Below are positions 28,547 to 39,100 of a stretch of 64,000 nucleotides of DNA, in pieces. The notes beneath the pieces were generated by a model. That model was not told where the DNA came from and did no database searches. It saw only the letters and a program-made list of their open reading frames with translations. Position 1 is the first letter of the stretch. Each line of letters opens with the position of its first letter. A program made the translations under genes and the position numbers. This stretch comes from Trichoplax sp. H2 (lineage: Eukaryota): positions 558,001 through 622,000 of the forward strand of contig NOWV01000017.1 in NCBI GenBank assembly GCA_003344405.1. Direction: 5' to 3'.

Positions 28547-30731
28547 ATGGCTAGCTCTTTGCCAGCAAGATTATTCTCCTGTTCTACCAAATCTTTCAAT
28601 AAAACTCATTTTTCCTCTCTATTAAAATGGATAACATATCAACGGTCTTGGCTATGTACTAGGTAAGTGATAAATTTTTATCTAAATTAGTTACGGCATT
28701 GGTTAATTTTCCAATATCCATTTATCCTTGGTCCAATAGTAGCTTGATCTTGCAAAAGAGTTCAAACCTGCTTGCAAGTAACCAACAGGATCCGTTGCAA
28801 CAATCTGCAGCAGCCGCTGATCTATCTGAACAGTTAGCTCAACTTGATGATTCAGTGGATAAGTAAATTGATATGTTGTACTATAGATTAATGTATCTGC
28901 TTCTATCTACCATAATGCAATTTCTAGTGCAGGTATATTAACCGATTGGATCCTATTATATCCATTTCAATTTAGCCAAATAGCACAAACTGAATCAGAT
29001 TCCAATGCAGAAAATCCGGAGAGCCAACTAGCAACGAGAAAGCCTAAAGCTGCTGATTCTCAAACTGGACCTACTGCAGTCAATGACCCTGTCGCTCAGT
29101 AAGTTATAATAATGTACAGAATTGTTGTACATCAGTTATCAACGTCACCCGATCCAGTTGATACTGATAGATGAAAAGTCTAATTGGTAACGCTGTGATC
29201 CAATACTGTAACGCAGTAAAATTGATCTCCATTTAATACTTATAAGTATACTACTGTAGTACCTCGATGGATATAGTTCGAACTACTTTCAATCTCTACA
29301 CTGTTTATTCAGAGCTAATGTTATTGTATGTCTGTTAACATTTTAATAGCAAATTTGTAAATTGTATGATGTATGATGGAAAGAAATCATTATCAAGGCG
29401 GATATTCAATGAGGTAGCTATCATAAATATCCCATTATAAATTAGCCTAATTTTATATCAGTCAAAGTAACCTCTTTGAATTATCAATGTTTTTCTAGGC
29501 GCTAGAAATGGTAAAAAAATCTCAGATTGAAAAGTACGTTTACCTTCTCTATTAGCCATTAACTGGTAGCATTAGTAGCACATAATTTAATGATTATTTG
29601 TAATCTTTTAATTTTCACAATACGTTGTTTAAATTAATTAAAGAGCAATCGATTCTTATATTTATATTTACAGTACACCAATGGAAATCTTACTGCTATT
29701 AATTCTTTTACGAATATAGTTTGCTTTTGTAAACTGAGCAATATTAAACTGCTTGCAATTGACAATCAAAGTAAATTTCCCAAAGTCTATAATGTCAATA
29801 AATTTCCATATCACAAAGAGGGCAACGTGTTTGACGTAATGTCGTAATATTGATGAGAGAAACAGTACATTGCGCTATCATGCCTAACGTATTTTGTTTT
29901 ATATACATTATTTTTTTTATTTTAATTGGGTATTTATATTTAAAAATCTTACAATATCCGATGCTGTAACTGTTAGGTATGGTTCAAATCCTGACGACTC
30001 AAATATTGTGATGAACCCTATGAAAATCTTTCATGGAGCAATTGATAACGCCAAACCAATTATTGGAGTACAAACCATCAAACGTGGTGGAAAATCTTAC
30101 CAAGTACAGCATAATCGAAGATATGATCACCTCACTTAGGAATTCATTGCTTTAATTAAATAAATACGATTTAGAATCAGATAGAACTAAATACAGTATT
30201 GCATGCCAAATGATAAGGTGTTACGTCGTAAAAATACAGTATATTGTATTGAGCTGTGCTCTTGTCCAACTTTAGGTACCAATACCATTGAAGGAGAGAC
30301 GTCGATATTTTTTAGCTATTAAGTGGTTTATTACTATAGCAAGGTCAGGAAAGGAAAACGGGATGTCAAAAAAGCTAGCCAAAGAATTTTTAAACGCCTA
30401 CAATAATGAGGTATATACTCGTATGTTTATAATTGATATTATTTGCACTTGAAGAACATACAAATACGTTATTAGATGGGATCGTTCAATGCTTACCCCG
30501 ATCTTGCATACCTAGAATATATAATATCTTCTATGCATTGAGTATGCGTACTCTTGCTTCAATAAAAGTTATTCTTTTAATGTGGTGCAATATTGTTTTA
30601 ACTGAGCTAAGCTGAATTAGTCGTAATACTTATGGATTTACATTATTTAGGGAGCAGTAGTAAAAAAGAAGATAGAATTACATAAAATTGCGGAATCAAA
30701 TAGAGCTTATGCGCATTATCGATGGTGGTAG
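28547..30731 (+). CDS. MRPS7: Mitochondrial ribosomal protein S7 (uS7m), 8 exons
   Basis: Ser/Arg-rich presequence MASSLPARLFSCSTK; KFVNCMMYDGKKSLSRRIF; AIDNAKPIIGVQTIKRGGKSYQVPIPLKERRRYFLAIKW; C-terminal KKKIELHKIAESNRAYAHYRWW* typical of MRPS7. Confidence 0.95.
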
Positions 30732-31576
30732 CTCTCTCTTGCCGAATACAAACCGATAGCTAAAGTGTATATCTAATAATTTGATACAGACGGACATCTG
30801 TTGTAAATACTTATTTATTGTAAATTAAAGCTGATGATATTTTTAATTTGTCAATTAATTGCAAGTTAGTCTCTATCTTGCCTTAATAACATCACCTAGT
30901 TATCGGTAAAAGTAGATATTGTGTGGCAGACAATGATTTTGGGATAACTTAAATAGCTAGTATAACATGATATCCATTTCTTAGCGATGTACATCTAACT
31001 TAAATAGATACCAAATTTTTAGTTGCTAGTCTCGATAGCAGCTTTAAACACTTACACTAGTGCCAAATGCCAAAAGGAAAATTACAATTCATATTTCAAC
31101 AACATGTAACGGTTTTACTTCCAATATTGCAAATGCACGCATATATAGTAAGAGCTAGTTTTACTGGCCTTCGAGCGATTACATATAACTGGATTTTTTG
31201 AAGAATCCTAATTGTCATAGACATTTTGGATAAACCGTACAAACCTAATTAAAGCTTAAAGTTGCTAATATGAAGGTCGTCTTTTCAAGAACTAAATTTT
31301 TGCTGATTAGCATGAACTATATTGTAACATTGAAATTATAAATCAACGACAGTTAATATCCCTTTTCGAAACTGATAATAATATACCTACGTACAGTGCA
31401 TGTATCACTCAGGATCAAGTATTCGTAAATATGCTGGTAAACATACGAGTATGTAGTTATAGAACGCCTAGCATTAACCAAGGACGATTAAATAAGGTAC
31501 ACGTCTAATGATAACATTAGTAAAGAAATACTCGCGGTATAGCCTATTGTAATCATTAGCGGTAGAATATCCAAAT

Positions 31577-33435
31577 TTATACTATCAAACAAATTAATAA
31601 TGCAAATGTTAACAGTAACGTTTTATGCACGAATGATGTAACTGCAGATGAGACATAACCCATATTGGCAGGAATCGTTGTTGTTGGTGCTGTTGCATTA
31701 GGAAACGCTGAGCATTTGATACTACCCTTGGTAAATTGTAGTATGGACGAAGGCACACTAAAAATGGAAATAAAATCGCGTATGTTTAATTTCAAAGCTA
31801 TAAAATAGTCAATTTTTTTTTATATAGACGTATATTATTACGGATAATATCGGAATACATGCTTTACATAAATCTATTCTTTAAGTTATACTCAGATCAA
31901 GAAACAAAGGCTTAGAAACGATTAATTTCAAATATTTATACTGTAAGTGTGGCCATAAAATCATTTTTAATCTACAAAATTAGTATTTAGCCTTAGTTTA
32001 ATTCCTAACTTTCTTACCATGTTAGTGCTTTTTGGCAGTTTTGCTGATTTCCAGCACTCAAGAGTTCAGTACGATCGGCAGAACAGAAAGGAATTTCATG
32101 GCATCCGTAACTAAGCACTTTCTTAATGCAACTTTCCGATGCACCATTGGATCTTAAAGTATCAGGAACGTGTATGGCAATGACTTGAAGTTGACTTCTG
32201 TCATCATTAAACCATTCTGGAATGGTTAAATCTTTCGGCCTAGGTGGACAATCATTGCCATGAAAGTGAAGAGCTGACGTGGGCTTAATACACGCACTTA
32301 GATTATAAACTGATTTCTGCTCTGATGGCCGATGATAAGTACATTCTGCGGGAACATTAGAAGTATTGGAACATTCGCTGCGAAATTGAGCGCATAAGTT
32401 GGAAATATTGACATAAGTCAGAGTTGTTCTATCACTTGAACATTGCGGAAATGTTGCATTGCATTTAATTTGCTTGAAATAATTGGCGCACTTAATACCA
32501 GATTGCAATTCAACCTGACTGTGTGTAAAGATTGAACCCAATACTAACGCTTCTTTCTCACTTAATGTAAGAGTGGGAGTTGAAAAATCTGTCCCACAAT
32601 AATTTCCTACAGCTGCACTAGGGCTTGAGCACGAATTTAATTTACTATAAACGTAGACTCGCACATTATTTACCGCGCGTTTGGCAAGTTTTTCCTACAA
32701 AAGGATCGACATTAATTAAAATAAATATTGGTTGTGGGTAAATTATATTTATTAATGATGACATTGTAACATAGATTGAAATTAAAAAATTTTCGTTATT
32801 GGTAAATTAATATTACTAATGATATCTTTGTAAGTATAGATTGAAGTAAAAGGATTATTTTGTTGTTGTTGATTCGATTATTCAATTATCTTGTAAACAT
32901 GTGAATTGATTTATCGGTTCATAAATTATGGATACGAGAATATCACTTTCACTGTACGATACTCAATTGTATACAAATTATTAATTTTGTTTAATTCTAA
33001 TTTACAAGTTCAACTTTAAATTGGTTGTAATTAAAGAAAATAGGCAATGACAAGTTATGACTATTTAAATATATTCTGACAGCATAGCTACTGTCGCAAG
33101 ATGCTCTCAGTAGACATGCATGTACTTGGGCCGTATATGAAAAAGTAATGCTTTTACACTGTCATCTTTCATAGTATATATTAATCCAGAAAGGCTAATC
33201 TGCTGTACTCGTGTGATTATTGCCTAAAGACTTTCTATCTACACACTGATGTCTAAATGCCTCCTAAGTACGCGTATGTTGATCGTAGACTGAATTTTAT
33301 CCCATACTCGATGACAATTGAAAATGAGTTTTAATCTATGCATTTAAATACCTGTTCATAATCTTGATGCAAAGCATTTGTTAATGCAAAAATGGAGAAG
33401 ATTAGGGCCAGTGTTATCTTCATAAAGCTCTTCAT
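31577..33435 (-). CDS. Uncharacterised secreted, probably GPI-anchored protein (313 aa) with two tandem Frizzled-CRD-like 8-cysteine domains
   Basis: Exons 33435-33352 (MKSFMKITLALIFSIFALTNALHQDYEQ, signal peptide), 32694-32018 and 31757-31577 join in frame (phases 0 and 2). Two repeats of 8 Cys each, sharing CS(S/A)DRT; Thr/Pro stalk; hydrophobic C-terminal tail ending at the stop. Confidence 0.8.
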
Positions 33436-34086
33436 CTGTCTTGTTGGCTATTTGCTTATTTAATTTGGAAGGAATGTGTAATAATTAAGTAATTTAATGT
33501 GGTCCATAATGAAAATAGAAGTTAGTATTGATTATAGTCATTATCCATTCTGTATACTACGCCAGCTGGGCTTAATCTCCCGGTCAATTATCATGAATAA
33601 CTAGTTTACTTGGTGAACGTTCCCAATTCCGATACACTAACGTAAAAATCTTAGCTATCAAAGGATATTGAAGCTGACCGATATTATGGAATTTTAAGGC
33701 ATTAATTAATGTACTGTATAGCTTATTTAATATCCTCTATAAATCGATCGAGTGGTTGATCGTATATCAGTCTACAGTATTGTCAAGTAATCCAATAAAT
33801 AACGATTCACTTGATTTGTATACAACTTTATTTATGATTCCACGAATGATTGGGGGAAAAAATAGAATAATTCGTTTGATTTATAATTTACTTTTATTTA
33901 CCTGCGAGTTCTCTGGTCGATAAGTGGTTCTATCGTTTGTTAGCACATTGAAAATGGTTATCCTAATTGGCTGTGTCAACGTCTCCTATCAACCTAATCA
34001 GGAAGTTTTTTTTTTGGCTATGCCTCTATAGCAGCAGTGAGCCTTTCGCTGGAACTTCCCAAACGGAATCGTTCGTGATCTATGGT

Positions 34087-34100
34087 GGTGCTATGGCAAC
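34087..34100. promoter_or_regulatory. RFX X-box-like site GGTGCTATGGCAAC
   Basis: One mismatch from GTTGCTATGGCAAC, in the divergent region upstream of the Fz-like gene. A CCAAT (minus strand) lies at ~33966-33970 and a likely 5'UTR donor at ~33900. Confidence 0.4.
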
Positions 34101-34769
34101 GCCGTTCCCTACTGCTGTACAGTGTACAGTCTCATGTTTCATTCTACCGTACAATATTACCGTGTACAGGACTGTACAGTATGGATCAAATGGATAAGAG
34201 ATGACGATTTTGCTAGTCATTTTAACTGTAGTGTACGTCTGTCACCATACATTGTACTGTTCACGAGTGCATATAGGCATAAGCTGCTTGGATACACTGC
34301 GATGTATGGTTGCAGTCTGCCGGTATAGTAAACTAAGCAATAAAAAAAGTTAGCCTACAGTCTCTCTCTTTTATTGACTGTAATTTTTATAAGTTCCTAT
34401 GATGTACTATAATAATGTACAATACTTGGACATAGGACTACTAGTAGTCGTTGGTGCATCTTACTATATCCAATCAACTTGAATGATGTACTTGGACGTC
34501 GGTTCTTCTTTTCCAGGATCTCTGTAGACATTGTCATGAACTGCTAGCCTCGGACAGACAGACTTTTCTGATTCAATGAAGCTGTCATGATCGAAATTGG
34601 CTTCCTCTTAGTATAGATCTTCGGTGTCTGCTTTGTAAATCGCTGGTACAAATTTCAATAGCGTCTATGATGTTATAGAAGTGTTTTCAAGCGTAACTTT
34701 GTAGCAAACAATAAGATTGAATGTAATATTACTCAATTTAGAAGAAATCAATCCATTGAAAATCGACCA

Positions 34770-35890
34770 TCTACAGTACTGCTATAAAGACTGCAATCGC
34801 ACATCTTCCTACAGTACTGTACTGTACTGTACAGTACAGTGTACACTGCTACAGTACTGAGTACAGCTGGCGTCAATCATTTCTACTGTACTGTACTGTA
34901 CAGTACTCTGTACTCCAACCACAGAGGTACTGTACAGTATACTGTAGTACTGTACTGTACAGTGTACACTACTACAGTACTGAGTACAGCTGGCGTCAAT
35001 CAGTTCTACTGTACTGTACAGTACTCTGTACTGTACTCCAACGGGTAAGAAACCAGTATGACTCGAATTCATTGACAGTACAGTACAGTACAGGTCTGTT
35101 GAAAACTGATGTCATGGTTCCCAGTAGAGACCCTTTAATAGAGATCTCTGCAGGTTCTCTAGTTCCCAAGCTTCGGATATAGCAGATACTGTACAGCTAA
35201 ATCTTGGCACTGTAGTCGGACGGACTCCCAAATGACACTGTGATGAGTTACTGTACTGTATACCGTAATAACGTTGGCAACTGATACAGTACAGTACAGT
35301 ACTGTACAGTATGTCAGTTATCAGCCTTATACAGTACTATAACTTTTAGTTGCATCCTTTGTCTGTCCGTCCGGTCACAGTGCAAAGATTGATCTGTACA
35401 GTACACTAGTGTACACTGTACTGTAGAGTACTGTACTGTACAGTACAGTACAGCAGTCTAAAAGCTGTTAAAATCTGAAAATACTGTACAGTACAGTACA
35501 GTACAGTACTGTATGCTCAACTTAAACTGAGTACTGTACTGTACCGTCCGTGTACTGTACTGCACTTGCGCCTATTGTGAACATGCTTGAATGATAACAA
35601 TAGGCGCATTGATCAGTCTGATACAAAGTACAGTAATCGTTCGCGCGTTCGCTACAGTACAGTACAGTACTGTACTGTACACACATGAAATGAGGACGTG
35701 GCAGTCTGTAGGTCAGAACGTCAATCCACCTTCTCAAACAGTATTCGATGTACTATGCTTGTCTAGAGTAGCATCAAGTCCTCAACGGATTAGCTAGCCA
35801 AGCTGCAAATTGACATTTCAAACCTATTGAATCCAGTACTGACAGCAATACCCTATACTGTACACTTCCAAGGAGAGGAATGTACTGTAC
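34770..35890. repeat. Extended ACAGT/ACTGT pentamer-rich region with an internal ~120-bp direct repeat
   Basis: Many (tacag)n/(ctgta)n runs. CAGTGTACACT(G/A)CTACAGTACTGAGTACAGCTGGCGTCAATCA(T/G)TTCTACTGTACTGTAC...TACTCCAAC occurs twice (~34830-34919 and ~34950-35042). Confidence 0.85.
35187..35403. mobile_element. MITE-like element with 39-bp imperfect terminal inverted repeats
   Basis: 35187-35225 TACTGTACAGCTAAATCTTGGCACTGTAGTCGGACGGAC versus the reverse complement of 35365-35403 TACTGTACAGATCAATCTTTGCACTGTGACCGGACGGAC (33/39 identical). Non-coding interior; the outermost TA could be a TA target site. Confidence 0.5.
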
Positions 35891-36165
35891 ACAATCCAAC
35901 ACTCAGTAGTCCAGTGAATTGAAAGCAGTTTTTTCCCCCCCCCCCTAAAATGAAAATTTCACTGGAAAAAAAGAGAGCTTAAACTCCTTCAATGACTTTC
36001 CTTATTCTGCTATTGAAGCTGTAAAATCGACTAGTAGATCATTGAAAGCTCAATTTTATCGCCATTACTAGATATACACAGTGTAGAGAAACGAGGATAT
36101 ATCGTATCAAGTCCACAATAGCCTACAGTGACTGTCTACAAGAGCATCAATCAATCAATGTAGTG

Positions 36166-39100
36166 ATGGCAAATGCAAAACCAGCTACCCTTGTGTCTAT
36201 GGTGGAAAATAAAATTCCTCGTACTGATGACAACGAAAATAAAAATGTCCAGTTGGTAAGTTAAAACTACAATTGGATAGATAGGTAGGCACTGCTGTAC
36301 ATCAAAACTGACCGTTATTGACTACAAGTATAGCTATCGTGATAGGAATAACAAGAATAACTTGAACTATTCTTCATTTCTATATTGTTGAAATGACCCC
36401 CCCCCTTTTCCCCCAAAATTGCAAAAATACATCTCCAATATGGAAATCAATAGGAAGAATACCTTACGGTATGCCATGACAAATTTCCTACTTGTGTGGA
36501 ACTTCGTTTCTTCAAACTTGGATCAGCCAATGCTTGGCTATTTTGTGTAGTTTTCATAGCCGCAACCAACTCAACTTTACCTTCGCAACGCATCAAGCGA
36601 ATAGTGAGCAGTGCAATTGATGTTCAAACTGAATTACATCTACATTACTGACAGGATGTAGACTATTTTTCCAAGGTATCAATGCATACCAATGATTGTA
36701 ATGTAGTTGCAAAGAATGATATACCTGAAATAATAACCCAACTTTTACCATACTATTGAGAATGAATGCATTCTACTAGTGCACGATAGTTGAATTCTAC
36801 TGTACACGGAGACAATCTGACAAGAAAAGACCCAAAATGGTTTCATTAATTAATTAATTAATGACTCGTATTCCGCCAACTTTCTCACCTTAATGTGCAA
36901 ATGAATCAGTTGCGTTTGCATGAAAATCCATTGCTCATTCGTGAACAAATGAAGAAAGACCAAGTTGCAATGGAAAGAAATGCACTACTTGAAAGACACG
37001 TAGAAAATACTTCTTAACCCTAAATAAGACATGTCTCGCCCCTCCTGTTGAGAAGAACGTAGTTGGCAAGAGTTAAATAGATGTATTCTCTGTTGATTGA
37101 TTCAACAATAGCACTGTATATTGTAGAATTGCGCAATTTCCAATCAAAGTGTTATGGCCTACTCATTGCGACTTCAAGAATGAATACCCCTCCAATAACA
37201 ACCTACATATTTCTGAGATGTTGAACACACTATTTGTCTGTCCATTGATTAAATCCAACTATTTTTTAGTCTTACCAGCAGTTTGATCGATCATAATTAT
37301 AATGAATAGAAGCTACATTACATCTCGATACATTGTAATACGCGTACGTCTATCAATAGATATCTTCTCATAGGTCTACCAAATCCCAGTCCTGTGTAGA
37401 ATGATATCTTTCTGTCGAACTACCTTTACAGTCAGTAACACCATCGTTTAAATTTTTACATTTGCAACTACATACTAATATAGCACAAGATCATTACAGT
37501 AGCCGTTAGCCTACACTTTAAAGAATTATATAATCAACAATGGAACTGCAGTTCGCACTATCCTTTCGAAATAAATTCCTACCTCAAATTTGGCTAACTT
37601 CAAATACACTGTAAATCCATTCAAATTAGATTCTGATGTTCTGTTAGCTGTTAGTCTACCAATTCTGTGACATCGGCAATTTTTTATCCAATTAACTCAT
37701 GAATCAATAATCATGCATGACTCTTTTAGCACACCGAAAACATGGTATAAACTATTATTACGCATATTATATTACTTGATTAACCCAGCCTGTAGAGATC
37801 ATCTCTACCATCATAGAATGCTCACATTAATGTTTGCTCTACAGTACCAATAATCATATTAGTTTACTTAAAGTCATTAATTATAGTATACGTTAATATA
37901 GATTCAATGAACTAACAAAAATTTTATTTCTTATAGGATTTAAATCATGTTTTTCAAAAATACCTCCACATTCTCTGCAGTCATCAAGAGAGCAGGTAAA
38001 TAAAATGGATCTTAATTAACCCACATGATGCAGTATTAAATTAATAGAATCTACCCAACGCAAAATGTCATTGTCAAAAAAAATCAATAAAATCCTGTTG
38101 TTTAACCTATGGCGAAGGACGATAATCCTTATGTAATCTGTAGTGTATAAGATGCTAGCTAGATTACATTATTAATTGGGAAATAACGCCTTTAGATCAT
38201 AACTTTAAAATTTCTTCCGATAGAAAAACTTTAACTTTGTATTGACTCAGAGAAGTCCACTTTGCTTACAGCCAGTGCTGTAATGTATTCAATCTGCAAT
38301 TTTAATATGTATTAGCGTTAAACATTTGCCTAGCCTACCTATAACACAGTACAGATCTACATTTATTTTCTAGTCGCAATTAAAAAGATTTTCATCACCA
38401 TTGATTTATGAGCCACATTACTAAATTAATAAGTTAAGTTAAGTTAGAGTCAGATATTACTACTGCAATAGTTTATCTTATTTGATCAGCTTACAGTAGT
38501 GTTCTTTAGAGTAATGATCTTCACTATGGCGAATTAGTGCTAACACTTCGTATCAGCATGCAATTACCTTAGTTCATCGAAGCTAATCATGCCAAGGTGT
38601 CAACCTATATTGTTAATTTTGATAGTTCCGCTGCTGTAAATGAAATGGAAGTTACGTCCAACGATTTGTCAACACCTTTATCACGAAAGTAAGTCCATTG
38701 AATTGATGTTATTTATTGCGAAAAGTAGCACCAGCTAATAGTTTTCAAATATAGAAATTAATGGAGCCGTAGCTAAATATTAATAATGCTTTCAAGTTGA
38801 TTCCAAGAATATTATAATTAACGGTCTCTATATTCAAAATCGAAGGGGCTTCGCTGTTTCGGATATTTTACAACGTATGGTATCGATTGTCAGCCACCCA
38901 GATAGGTACTAATATTACTATTTATTCATAAATTTCATGTACTGTACATTATCAGAACTTTATCTTCAATTTTTGTTAAAGAACGTATTGCTTATAGCTG
39001 TACTAGAATTTCCTTACCTTTCAATTGTACAAATTAAAAGATTATAAAATAGATAGCATTAGTTAACGTTGTTTTTAACCACTACCATGATCAAGTCTAA

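Noticed and set aside
29981-29993. GGTTCAAATCC, tRNA T-loop/B-box-like
   Set aside because: Lies inside an MRPS7 coding exon (YGSNP) with no cloverleaf.
34430-34700. Protein-like minus-strand frames near 34.5 kb
   Set aside because: Stops in every frame and no recognisable family.
34830-35042. Direct repeats as a CRISPR-like array
   Set aside because: Only two long copies, no unique spacers, eukaryotic context and no cas genes.
34809-35797. ORFs rich in STVQY/CTV (34809-35072, 34839-35048, 35522-35737, 35591-35797)
   Set aside because: Translations of the pentamer repeat; no independent coding evidence.
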